Shown: one piece after another, positions 9,625-18,225 of the stretch
How the letters are laid out: every line of letters starts with the position of its first letter
Position numbering within the stretch: the first letter of the stretch is position 1
Assembly (NCBI GenBank): GCA_963851325.1
Contig: CAWKOR010000001.1
Location: 3,508,144 to 3,572,143 of the forward strand
DNA: 64,000 nucleotides
Source of the DNA: an uncultured delta proteobacterium
GTDB lineage: Bacteria > Desulfobacterota > Binatia > Binatales > Binataceae
Reading direction: 5' to 3'
The notes under the pieces: generated by a model
The model's input: the letters and a program-made list of their open reading frames with translations, nothing else
What the model was told of the DNA's origin: nothing
Databases searched by the model: none
Position numbers and translations under genes: made by a program

Positions 9625-10053
9625 GTGGACAAGGCGCTCGAACAGATGCTCAATCTGCTGCTGGAATCGGAGCGCGCCGGCGTCGCCGCGCTGGAACACC
9701 TCGCGCCCGAAGTCGAACAGGAGGAGCTGCGGCAATTTCTCCTCGGCGAGCGCGACGAAGAGCAGCGCAACGTCGGCGGCCTCGAGGCGCTGATTAGCCA
9801 GGCTGGCGGAGTCCCCTCGAAAGCTGTGGGCCCCTTCGCCGCGAAGGTCGCCGCTCTCGGCACGGTTCGTGAGCGTCTCAGCCTGATGTCACACGGTCAG
9901 GAGTGGGTGGCGCGCAAGGTCGAGGAAGCGCTCGCGCTCGCACCCGCGGAAGGTCCGATTCCCGAATTCCTCCGAGCGATGGGCAATCGGCATCGCGCCG
10001 AAATCGAATGGGGCCGCGCCGAGGTCATCCGTTTGCTAAACTCCGACAAGTAG
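9625..10053 (+). CDS. hypothetical alpha-helical protein (possibly ferritin-like)
   Basis: 142-aa ORF with a GTG start. It is helical and acidic, with no recognisable catalytic motifs. Confidence 0.4.
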   Translation: MDKALEQMLNLLLESERAGVAALEHLAPEVEQEELRQFLLGERDEEQRNVGGLEALISQAGGVPSKAVGPFAAKVAALGTVRERLSLMSHGQEWVARKVEEALALAPAEGPIPEFLRAMGNRHRAEIEWGRAEVIRLLNSDK

Positions 10054-10107
10054 CAGGATGTCCGCGTCGCGCCCTTGGTTCAAAACATCGGCGTTTCTGG
10101 TTGAGGC

Positions 10108-10635
10108 ATGGAAGGGTCGAAGTCGCCGCCGGCGGGACTATCCAACATCGGCGAGATTGTATTGCGTTCGGTTCGAGATGATGACTGGCAAGACCTTCTT
10201 GAGCTCGCGGAGCGGTCATTGGCCGAGTTTCCCGCCGCACCCAGCCAGGCCGAATGGATGCGCAATCGGCGGGCGTTTTCGCCTACAGATGGTATCCAGC
10301 ATCACTTTGTCGCCATCTCGGGCGAGCGCATCGTAGGTTACGCGAGCGCCGAGCGTCGCAACGACGCGGCTGCTGGCCGGTTCCGTCTGTTCGTGGTCAT
10401 GGAGCCCGCGGCACGCGCGGCGCTAGGGAGCATCCTGTTCGCCACGCTCCGGGAGCGCTTGATCAGCCTTGGCGCTCGTCATGCCTGGATGCTCGAGTAT
10501 GAATCCGACGTCCGGTTCATTGCATACCTCGAGGAAATGGGATTTGTGCGATTGGAGACGTTGAGCGTGGACGGAATCCCGGTCGTTCAATTGGCTATCG
10601 ACGCCCCCTTTCAAATGCTACTCCCTCAGAACTGA
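10108..10635 (+). CDS. GNAT-family N-acetyltransferase
   Basis: 175 aa with a GNAT fold pattern (HFVAISGERIVGYASAERRNDAAAGRFRLFVVMEPAARAALGSILF). Confidence 0.6.
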   Translation: MEGSKSPPAGLSNIGEIVLRSVRDDDWQDLLELAERSLAEFPAAPSQAEWMRNRRAFSPTDGIQHHFVAISGERIVGYASAERRNDAAAGRFRLFVVMEPAARAALGSILFATLRERLISLGARHAWMLEYESDVRFIAYLEEMGFVRLETLSVDGIPVVQLAIDAPFQMLLPQN

Positions 10636-10661
10636 GATTGAACTAACCCGCGACCCGCCGG

Positions 10662-11267
10662 CTACTTGGCGGGTGGCGCGGGAATCTCCTTCATGCGCGA
10701 GGTGGTGTCGTTGTCGTATTCGAGATGCAGCGCGCGCACCATCATTCCGTGCATCCGCCATAGCGAGATCACATAAAACAATTCCAGGATCTGGGGATCC
10801 GAAAGATGCTTCTTCAGCTCCGCGAAGGTCTCATCCTCGACCAGGTTGCGTCCAACCAGCTCGTCGGTCGCCGCCATCACTACGCGCTCCACCGGTGTGA
10901 ATTTGTCGCTGGTCGCCCATCCTTTGATCGCATCCAGCTTGTCGTCCGGAACCTTGACCATGCGGGCGACTTTGAGATGCTGTGAGTATTCGAACCTCGA
11001 ATCGCCAACGATGCCAGTGCGAATGATCGCGAGCTCGCGCAAATTGACCGGCAGCGCTCGCCCGGGCGACAGCAATAGGCTCAGGCTGGTGCGCGCATTG
11101 AAGAGGAGATCGGGAACCAACGCGAAAGTTGTCCAGTAGTCGCCGGGAGTTCCGGTCGCGGTGCCGGGTTGTGCAACCGGATCGCGGTCCCCAAAAAACT
11201 GTTTGTAGAGTTCCTGGATTTCCGGCGAGGCTTCCGCCTTGCTGACTTGCTTGAGTCGTGGTGCCAT
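10662..11267 (-). CDS. carboxymuconolactone decarboxylase (CMD/AhpD-like) family protein
   Basis: The ATG at 11267 (MAPRLKQV...) lies downstream of the stop of the molybdopterin subunit gene. The CMD-like helical domain is duplicated. Confidence 0.6.
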   Translation of the reverse strand: MAPRLKQVSKAEASPEIQELYKQFFGDRDPVAQPGTATGTPGDYWTTFALVPDLLFNARTSLSLLLSPGRALPVNLRELAIIRTGIVGDSRFEYSQHLKVARMVKVPDDKLDAIKGWATSDKFTPVERVVMAATDELVGRNLVEDETFAELKKHLSDPQILELFYVISLWRMHGMMVRALHLEYDNDTTSRMKEIPAPPAK

Positions 11268-11314
11268 CGCGATTCCTCCTGATGCGCGGACCGATCGGCG
11301 ACAGGATCGTACAG

Positions 11315-14158
11315 TCAATCGCGCGGCGTCAAATAGAATGCCTCGGGCGCGGGACGATAGACCCGAGCCAGCCACAGCGGACGCCGCAGATTGCCGGGGC
11401 CGGGTGCGGGCCGCGTCAGTTCCAGCCATCGCCGGTAGACCTGGTGCGACTTGTCGGTATCTACAAAAACGTCGCCATACCGATCGTCAGGCGCCGGTCT
11501 CTCGACCCGCACCTTCTGGTGCCAACAATGTTGACCGCTGATTGGATCGGGCTGCACCGGAAAAGTCAGGTTCTGGTGCACGCCGCCTTCCTTCCACCAC
11601 GCCCGCTCCGTATCGGGATCGCTGCTTTTGAACGGTTGAACCCCATGGACCTGCCGCATCATCCACTGGCCGGGCTTGGGTTGCGAAAGATCGACCAGTG
11701 CGCTGGCCAATTTCTCGCCGCCCGAATTTTCATGCAGACGCCATCGCCCCAGATGATGAGAGCAGGCGACGACTCCCGGACGTATACCTTCGGTGACCCA
11801 GATCTTGTCGATGAAATAGCCGATCTCGGTGTGTATTTTGAGCAGATCGCCAGTAGCTACTTCGAGCCGCTGTGCGTCCTTGGGATGAATCCAAATTGGA
11901 TTTGAATTGGAGATCTCATATAGCCATTTGGCATTGCCGGACCGAGTATGAATCAGAGTAGGTAGTCGGAATGTCGGCAGGAGGAGCATGTCCCCCTTGT
12001 CGAAATCCATGTTGGCCCAGTGCACGTGGCTCCGAATGTAGCCGGGGAGCGCATGCTCGGGCCACTTCCACTCCTTTAGCGTCTTCGAATAGAACTCCAG
12101 CTTGCGCGACGGTGTCGGGAAACCCTCATACACTTCGCCGGAAATATCGACGCCGACCGGAGCACCGTTGCGCGAGACCACATTGTTGGCGCGGTTGGTC
12201 TTTGCATCCTTGAGGATTTCCGACGGAACTCGCTTTTCGTGAGTGCGATAGACCTCGTCCTCGACCAGGAACGCGCCGTACTTGCGCATGTACTGAAGCG
12301 GCGTCAGGTCCTGTTTCTTCGCGGCTTCGGGAAGGCCGGGAACACTATTTTCGAATATCCAGCGATAGTATTCCTCGATAGTCAGTTTCTCTCCATTTCG
12401 GTAGGGCGATTCGAAGTACTTTCGAATACCTAGTGAGCCGTCGGGATCGATTCGCCACGAGAGCTCGATCCAGAATTCATCTTCCTCCCACACTTCGCCG
12501 AGACCGGCCGCGCGATGCGCCTCCCAGGTAGTGTTGAATGTCTTCCCCTGCTTCTCCATCGCCACGCGCAGCACCGGCTGGCGAAAACCGATCCATCGCG
12601 CCGCCTGCGTCTCCTGACTCATGAGGTCGTGACGCTCCGACGCGTGACCCATCGGCAAGACGTAATCGGCAAACAGCGCGGTTTCGCTCCAGGTCGGAGT
12701 GAGGCACGCATGCCGCTCGATCTTGCTTTCGTCGGTGAGCGCCTCCATCCAGGTCATCCCGTCGGGATTGGTCCAGAGCGGGTTGTAAACGCGAGTGAAG
12801 TACATCGCGAGCTTGCCGCGCCCTTCCTTCAGGAAATGCGGCAGCAGAAAGCTCATTTCGAAAAACGCGATCGGATATTCGCGCGGCCACAGCATCTCGT
12901 TCCACACTTTCGACGGCGGGGGCATCATCGGCGGGGCCGGAATAAACTTGTTGGCCGAGTTCGGCGAAGTGCCTCCCGGAGCGCCCACCGCTCCCATCAG
13001 CACGACGAGCAGTTCGAGTGCGCGCGCGACTTGCCATCCGCCGAGGTTGCCGGCCGCCGCATTGCGCCACACATGAGTCGCGAGGGCCGAGCCGGCGCGG
13101 CCGATCTCACGCGCGACCTCGACAATCGCTTTCGCCGATGCACCCGATTCCTTCGCCGCAAATTCGGGAGTGAACTCCGCGTAGGTCTCCTTCAGCACCT
13201 CGATGAAGGCGGCGAACTCGCGCGGCCGCTTCGGATGCTCCTCGCGAAGGAAGTCCTCCCAATTGATCCATTTTCGAACGAACTCGCGATCGAAAAGATT
13301 TTCCTCGATGATAATGCGGCACATCGCCAGGATGACCGCCGCCTCGCTACCGGGCCACGTCGATAGCCAGTAATCCGCTTTCGCTGCGGTGTTCGAAAGC
13401 CTCGTATCGATCACACATATCTTCGCCCCCCGCGCCTTCCCGTCGATGATTCTCTGCGCGTGCGGATTGAAGTAGTGGCCGGTCTCCAGATGCGAACTCA
13501 GTAGCAGGATGAAGCGCGCATTCGCATGATCGGGCGACGGGCGATCGGCGCCATGCCAGAACGCATAGCCGGTGCGCGCGCCTGCCGAACAAACATTGGT
13601 GTGACTGTTGTGCCCGTCGATTCCCCAGGAATGGAGCACGCGCTGATTGTAAATCAGCTCATGGCCGGGCCGGCCCACGTGGTAGACGATTTCGTTGCGT
13701 CGCTCTTCGACGATTGCCTTGCGGATGCGACCCGCCAGATCGTTGAGCACCTCGTCCCAGGTAACTCGCATCCAGTCGCCGCCGCCGCGCTTGCCCACCC
13801 GCTTGAGCGGAAAAAAAATGCGCTCGGGATCGGTGACCTGGTTGAGCGTCGCGGGACCCTTGGCGCAATTTCGTCCGCGACTTCCGGGGTGCGCGGGATT
13901 GCCCTCGAACTTGCGAATCTTGAGGGTCTGTTTGTCGACATAAGCGAGCAGGCCGCACCCCGCTTCGCAGTTGAAGCAAATAGTCGGAACGATGTGGTAG
14001 TGATTCTCTACTTTGCGTGGCCAATGTGCCGGATCGTACTCGACCCAATCCTCCCATTTCTCCGCCGGCGGGAAACTCGCGAGTCCCCGTGCCGGAGCAT
14101 CGAGGTCCAGTGCTGCGGGATTCAGCGGCTTCGAGGTCTCGTCCAACTTGCGCCCCAC
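11315..14158 (-). CDS. molybdopterin (bis-MGD) oxidoreductase catalytic subunit, Psr/Phs/Ttr-like
   Basis: About 947 aa with an N-terminal 4Fe-4S motif C-x2-C-x3-C-x27-C (CFNCEAGCG...CAKG) and MopB domains. The GTG start at 14158 sits 5 nt after the stop of the upstream FeS gene (an alternative ATG at 14242 would overlap it). No twin-arginine signal is present. Confidence 0.8.
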   Translation of the reverse strand: MGRKLDETSKPLNPAALDLDAPARGLASFPPAEKWEDWVEYDPAHWPRKVENHYHIVPTICFNCEAGCGLLAYVDKQTLKIRKFEGNPAHPGSRGRNCAKGPATLNQVTDPERIFFPLKRVGKRGGGDWMRVTWDEVLNDLAGRIRKAIVEERRNEIVYHVGRPGHELIYNQRVLHSWGIDGHNSHTNVCSAGARTGYAFWHGADRPSPDHANARFILLLSSHLETGHYFNPHAQRIIDGKARGAKICVIDTRLSNTAAKADYWLSTWPGSEAAVILAMCRIIIEENLFDREFVRKWINWEDFLREEHPKRPREFAAFIEVLKETYAEFTPEFAAKESGASAKAIVEVAREIGRAGSALATHVWRNAAAGNLGGWQVARALELLVVLMGAVGAPGGTSPNSANKFIPAPPMMPPPSKVWNEMLWPREYPIAFFEMSFLLPHFLKEGRGKLAMYFTRVYNPLWTNPDGMTWMEALTDESKIERHACLTPTWSETALFADYVLPMGHASERHDLMSQETQAARWIGFRQPVLRVAMEKQGKTFNTTWEAHRAAGLGEVWEEDEFWIELSWRIDPDGSLGIRKYFESPYRNGEKLTIEEYYRWIFENSVPGLPEAAKKQDLTPLQYMRKYGAFLVEDEVYRTHEKRVPSEILKDAKTNRANNVVSRNGAPVGVDISGEVYEGFPTPSRKLEFYSKTLKEWKWPEHALPGYIRSHVHWANMDFDKGDMLLLPTFRLPTLIHTRSGNAKWLYEISNSNPIWIHPKDAQRLEVATGDLLKIHTEIGYFIDKIWVTEGIRPGVVACSHHLGRWRLHENSGGEKLASALVDLSQPKPGQWMMRQVHGVQPFKSSDPDTERAWWKEGGVHQNLTFPVQPDPISGQHCWHQKVRVERPAPDDRYGDVFVDTDKSHQVYRRWLELTRPAPGPGNLRRPLWLARVYRPAPEAFYLTPRD

Positions 14159-14163
14159 ACGAC

Positions 14164-15717
14164 TCAGCTTAGCGGCGGCGCCTGGCCGGCGCGCACCCAC
14201 AGGTCTTCGAAGACAAAAAGTCCAGCCAATGCCAGTACGCATGCCACTATTCGCGCCGGCTCCTGGAACGGTGGGCCAAAAGCGATGCTCAGTATCAAAG
14301 CCGGAATTGCGGTGCCCAGCCCAATCGCTCCGATGATGAAATAGAATTTAAGCTTTCCGCGGATTAGTAAGTCCGTGGCATAATGCACATCTTCACCGAT
14401 TGGAGGAATAGTCACTTCAATAGTCATCATCATCAGAGCGACCAGTAACGATAATGCAACTACCTTGTCGAGAGAGGGAATCATCGCGGCGGCATCGCCG
14501 GTGACCGACGCGATCAATCGCAGCGAAGCGGCGCCCGCGACCACCGCCTGTACCAACAGGTGCCAGAACAGCAATGGGCTTTGCCAGAAGTCTCGTCCTT
14601 TTGCCTGCGCGAATAGAAACGCCGAGTAGCATGCGCAAGCGACCGCCGCGGATGCGCTCAGAAATACAATTGCCGGAGGTACGGACGAAGTAGCTACTGA
14701 GTATCCAAACCACGCCAGAGCGAGCGCGCCGTATAGAATGAGAATATATGTTCCGATTACTACCCAGGAGCCGAAGTTGGGTTTGGTGATGATGTAAAAG
14801 AATCGCAGCGGTCGTTTCAGATCGATCACCAGCAGGAACGTTGTTACTCCGACGAAGATTAGCGCGCCGCCCGACGCGATGCTTGAGAGCGCGGGGGTTT
14901 TAGGATCGAAGCCGAACCCGATCAGAAACGCGGCCACCAGCAGCAGACCACTCGCGATCGATTTGGTCCACAAGTACGCCGCGATGCGCCAACCCCACGG
15001 CGCCGGATGCGCAACGTCGTATACTTCGCGTGCTTGCGATGCTCTTGAAATGCCTCCCGCGCCGGCGAGCGCGTTGTAGCGATGCGCCGCATCGTAGTCA
15101 TTTTCGCCGGGCTGTTTCTCCGCCCACAGGTGCGACGGCTGCTGCAACAACCGGGCGGGCGAGAGCAGGTCGCCCTCGATGCCGATGTAGAACAGCTTCG
15201 GCTCGGTACCCTTATGCGGTTTGCGCGAGAGGGTCTTCTGGGTAGCGACAATCTTTCCGATCCTGCTCGTGTCGTCGTCGAGGTCACCGGCGATGATCGC
15301 CTGGGTCGGGCATACGATGACGCACGACGGCTCGAGGTTGAGCTCGACGCGATGCGCGCAGAAGTTGCATTTCGCCGCGGTGTGCGTCTCGGGATCGATA
15401 TAGAGGGCATCGTAGGGGCATGCCTGCATGCACGATTTGCATCCGATGCAGCGGTCGGCATCGAAGTCAACGATCCCGTTGTCGCGCCTGAACAATGCGG
15501 TGGTCGGGCAGATCTCGATACACGGAGCGTTATCGCAATGGTTGCAGCGCAGCACGCCGAAATGGCGCGAAGTGTCGGGAAAGGCGCCCTTCTCGATGTA
15601 CTTTACCCAGGTGCGGAATACTCCGATCGGTACGCTGTGCTCCTCCTTGCATGCGACTGTGCATGCATGGCACCCGATACATCGGTCCTGGTCGATGACG
15701 AATCCGTAACGCATCAT
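14164..15717 (-). CDS. 4Fe-4S ferredoxin subunit fused to an NrfD/PsrC-type membrane anchor
   Basis: 517 aa. The N-terminal ~230 aa carry four Cys clusters (CIGCHACTVAC, CNHCDNAPCIEICP, CIGCKSCMQACP, CNFCAHR...C). The C-terminal ~280 aa form about 8 TM helices, NrfD-like. There is no signal peptide. Confidence 0.8.
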   Translation of the reverse strand: MMRYGFVIDQDRCIGCHACTVACKEEHSVPIGVFRTWVKYIEKGAFPDTSRHFGVLRCNHCDNAPCIEICPTTALFRRDNGIVDFDADRCIGCKSCMQACPYDALYIDPETHTAAKCNFCAHRVELNLEPSCVIVCPTQAIIAGDLDDDTSRIGKIVATQKTLSRKPHKGTEPKLFYIGIEGDLLSPARLLQQPSHLWAEKQPGENDYDAAHRYNALAGAGGISRASQAREVYDVAHPAPWGWRIAAYLWTKSIASGLLLVAAFLIGFGFDPKTPALSSIASGGALIFVGVTTFLLVIDLKRPLRFFYIITKPNFGSWVVIGTYILILYGALALAWFGYSVATSSVPPAIVFLSASAAVACACYSAFLFAQAKGRDFWQSPLLFWHLLVQAVVAGAASLRLIASVTGDAAAMIPSLDKVVALSLLVALMMMTIEVTIPPIGEDVHYATDLLIRGKLKFYFIIGAIGLGTAIPALILSIAFGPPFQEPARIVACVLALAGLFVFEDLWVRAGQAPPLS

Positions 15718-15859
15718 TCACTGCTCGAGCCTTCGCGAGATGTCGCCTCTGAGGCTGTATCGCGGGAGGATTCTGTGATCAAGCCGTCGCGCCAGAATGA
15801 CGGCCATTTCCGATGCACTTGCGGCGAGCGATGCTCTTGACGATAATCGCTGTTCCGGT

Positions 15860-15937
15860 GGACGCATAGCTCAGCCCGGTTAGAGCACTTGCCTCACATG
15901 CAAGGGGTCCCAGGTTCAAATCCCGGTGCGTCCACCA
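15860..15937 (+). tRNA. tRNA-Val: tRNA-Val (anticodon CAC)
   Basis: 78 nt with a 7-bp acceptor stem GGACGCA/TGCGTCC, the D-loop AGCTCAGCCCGGTTAGAGC, an anticodon loop CTCACAT, T-loop GGTTCAAATCC and an encoded CCA. Confidence 0.85.
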
Positions 15938-16091
15938 TCCAGTCTTTCGATTTACGGACATCGCGGAGAATCGCGCGAAATCCCCGCCTATGCGCGGGAT
16001 TTCGCGATAACATTCGGCCCAGAGAATGCGTGGGGTTGCGGCCAGATACTTGCCCAGATACTTGCGAAGATCGGCTGATCGCGTCCGACGG

Positions 16092-16742
16092 TTATACAGC
16101 TTCGATCGCTGTGAGATCGTTCCATAGTTGACTCAGCGCAACGTTGACCGAATCGGCCCTGAGAGCGATAAATTGCGTATCTTTGCGAAGGGTCTCAGCG
16201 AGCGCCAGAAGTCGTGGATGTTGGCTTTCGTACTTCACGACGACGCTTCCACTCGGCTTATGTTCCAGAAACCAGAGAAGGGGAAGCAATTCACAGAAGA
16301 CGGAAACGGCGCCGCCGAGTGGTCCGCGCCGGACAGGCCAACGGCTTGCGATGAATTCATTGAGTTCCGTGAGCCTGGATATTCCGTGCCAGAGCCGGTC
16401 GCTCGCGGCAAAAGCAACGTTCCCGACGTTGCTCGTGAGAATGGCCATGGAACAGAGCGGGCAGGGTTCGAGTGTGGTCCAGAGAGTGTGGCGCTGATAG
16501 TCGCTCGGCCCCAATTGACCCAGGACATCAAGCTCGGCGTGGGCGATGGGTGTCGATCGAAGCCTTCCTGGCGGTGCTTCCGTGTCCGACCCGCGATTTC
16601 GTCCGACCGCCACAACACTTCCGGAAGGATCAGTCAGAACCGCGCCAACTCCTACGTTGCCGCCGACGTAAGCCTCCCACGCGAGTGTGATTGCCGTCCG
16701 CCATGGCTCTGCCAGATCTAACCAGTAGTCGTTTGCGGTCAC
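16092..16742 (-). CDS. CMP/dCMP-type (TadA/guanine-deaminase-like) zinc deaminase with a C-terminal extension
   Basis: 216 aa with the zinc motifs HAELDVL and PCPLC, plus an extra ~100-aa C-terminal region of unknown function. Confidence 0.65.
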   Translation of the reverse strand: MTANDYWLDLAEPWRTAITLAWEAYVGGNVGVGAVLTDPSGSVVAVGRNRGSDTEAPPGRLRSTPIAHAELDVLGQLGPSDYQRHTLWTTLEPCPLCSMAILTSNVGNVAFAASDRLWHGISRLTELNEFIASRWPVRRGPLGGAVSVFCELLPLLWFLEHKPSGSVVVKYESQHPRLLALAETLRKDTQFIALRADSVNVALSQLWNDLTAIEAV

Positions 16743-16834
16743 GATCGACGAACCCTTGCCATCACTTTACCGAGCAGCCGCGCGGATGGTCGGGGGCTCG
16801 CTCATCGGGTCACTTCATCGACAACATGCATGGA

Positions 16835-17308
16835 TCACCCGGTCGATCGGCGCCATGCGATAATCTCCGCGGCGGCCGATGCCGCGGCAAGACCCTTGTT
16901 GAACTCGTCTTTGCCTGCGCGCTCGACAGCGTGACGGAGCTCGAGCACGGGCAGGATCTCGACCAGGATCGGAATGTCGATTTCGAGGCTAAGCCGCGCG
17001 AGAGCAGCGAACACCTCCGGGGTGATCATTTCGAAATGGAAGGTATCGCCTTTCAGGATAACCCCCAGGCAGATGATTGCATCGAAGCGTTGTCCGAGCT
17101 TGCGGACCAGATGATGCACGGCGAATGGCAGCTCGAATGCGCCGGGCAGCGTATGCTCGGAGACCGATGCGCAGCCCGCCTTCGCCAGCGCGGTGCGACA
17201 GGCATCCGCAAGAGATTCGACGACCTCCGGATACCAGCGCGACTTGAGGATCGCGATCTTCGCGCCCTCAATCCGGGGTGTTTTGGTCTCGTCGATGCCC
17301 TGCCGCAT
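16835..17308 (-). CDS. ribH: 6,7-dimethyl-8-ribityllumazine synthase
   Basis: 157 aa with conserved lumazine synthase blocks (ILKSRWYPEVV, LPGAFELP, GVILKGDTFHFE). Confidence 0.8.
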   Translation of the reverse strand: MRQGIDETKTPRIEGAKIAILKSRWYPEVVESLADACRTALAKAGCASVSEHTLPGAFELPFAVHHLVRKLGQRFDAIICLGVILKGDTFHFEMITPEVFAALARLSLEIDIPILVEILPVLELRHAVERAGKDEFNKGLAAASAAAEIIAWRRSTG

Positions 17309-17563
17309 GACCCGCGCCTCGGATTCACCAATAGTCGCCGGCGCGACGGAGCCGAGACGATCCTCACGCTTCGCACGCCCAACCGGAAGCTTGCCACAAG
17401 TCCGATGATTTTATCCATCGCCGTCTCGATGTAGTGGCCGTCGAAGTCCGTTCGCTCGCCGGTCCGCGGCTCAGGGTGGGAAATTGTGCCTATGGTTCGG
17501 CACGACTCCTTGAGTATGCGTAACCTCGTTGGTAAGGCTTACGATGGAAGTTCTGGAGGACCT

Positions 17564-18130
17564 ATGAAGGCATCGATGGTGGCGCTTACTTTGCTGATTG
17601 TCTCTGCACCTTCAATCGCGCTGGCCGCCGATTCGGCCGACGTCGAGCAGGGACTAAAGATCGCACCGGTTGAGCTCAAGTATGACGCAAAGGACCGCGC
17701 CACTGTTGGTCGCGGAAGCTATCTCGTCAATGCTTTGGGCGGATGCGTGAGCTGCCACACGATGCCGACCTTCGAACCCGGCGGCGATCCTTTCAAGGGC
17801 GAGGTCGAGAAGCTCAACATCAAGAATTACCTCGCAGGCGGAAAGTGCTTCGGTCCTTTCAAATCGCCCGATATCACGCCGAATGACAAAGGACTTCCGG
17901 GAGGCCTGACCCTCGAACACTTCATTCATAGCATCCGCACCGGCAAGCGGCATATGAAGGACGGCGAAGGTGAGGCGAAGACCGCTCATGACGACATCCA
18001 GAAGGTCATGCCGTGGCCCGAGTTTCGAGACATGACTGACGACGACCTTCGGGCTGTATATGCCTATCTCTCGGCGGTACCGCATGCGGAGCCCTCGAAC
18101 ACCAAGTGTCCACCTCCGCCAGCGCACTGA
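17564..18130 (+). CDS. periplasmic mono-heme c-type cytochrome
   Basis: ATG at 17564 with a GGAGGA RBS, a signal peptide (MKASMVALTLLIVSAPSIALA) and a single CxxCH (GGCVSCHT). Confidence 0.65.
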   Translation: MKASMVALTLLIVSAPSIALAADSADVEQGLKIAPVELKYDAKDRATVGRGSYLVNALGGCVSCHTMPTFEPGGDPFKGEVEKLNIKNYLAGGKCFGPFKSPDITPNDKGLPGGLTLEHFIHSIRTGKRHMKDGEGEAKTAHDDIQKVMPWPEFRDMTDDDLRAVYAYLSAVPHAEPSNTKCPPPPAH

Positions 18131-18225
18131 TTTTATTATGTGGCTCCTTAGCTATCGTCCTGACGGACGATGCCATGACATAGTCTCAGCGGGAGACTCA
18201 ACTCGAGCCAGACGAGAGGAGTGCG

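Noticed and set aside
9625-10635. GNAT toxin/antitoxin pair (small helical protein + GNAT acetyltransferase)
   Set aside because: The upstream protein is 142 aa, lacks an RHH/DUF1778-type antitoxin fold signature, and is separated from the GNAT gene by 55 bp. The GNAT looks like a general acetyltransferase. Not enough evidence.
12515-13366. 283-aa ORF on the + strand within the molybdopterin subunit gene (plus 12477-13070 on the minus strand in another frame)
   Set aside because: Antisense or alternate-frame artefacts with Arg/His-rich translations. The sense frame has strong MopB homology throughout.
14158-14260. Tat signal peptide on the molybdopterin catalytic subunit
   Set aside because: Neither candidate N-terminus (ATG 14242 MRTGIGWTFCLRRPVGARRPG..., GTG 14158 VGRKLDETSK...) has an S/T-R-R-x-F-L-K motif followed by a hydrophobic h-region. 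I kept this as a finding about atypical topology instead.
15082-15840. 252-aa + strand ORF overlapping the FeS-NrfD gene
   Set aside because: Antisense to a gene with clear ferredoxin Cys motifs. No start context or motifs.
15938-16100. Integrated mobile element at the tRNA-Val 3' end
   Set aside because: No integrase or recombinase gene, no direct repeat of the tRNA 3' end downstream, and no compositional shift. The flanking genes look native.
16128-17434. + strand ORFs 16128-16721 and 16691-17434 overlapping the deaminase and ribH genes
   Set aside because: Antisense to well-supported genes. No homology signal.
17309-17563. FMN riboswitch (RFN element) upstream of ribH
   Set aside because: No recognisable RFN conserved core in either orientation, and ribH stands alone here without ribD/E/BA. 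The region is GC-rich, apparently unstructured leader.
18140-18180. Hairpin ATCGTCC-tgac-GGACGAT after the cytochrome c gene as a terminator
   Set aside because: Short 7-bp stem without a U-tract and only ~50 bp before the next start codon. Possibly structural, but not reportable as a terminator.
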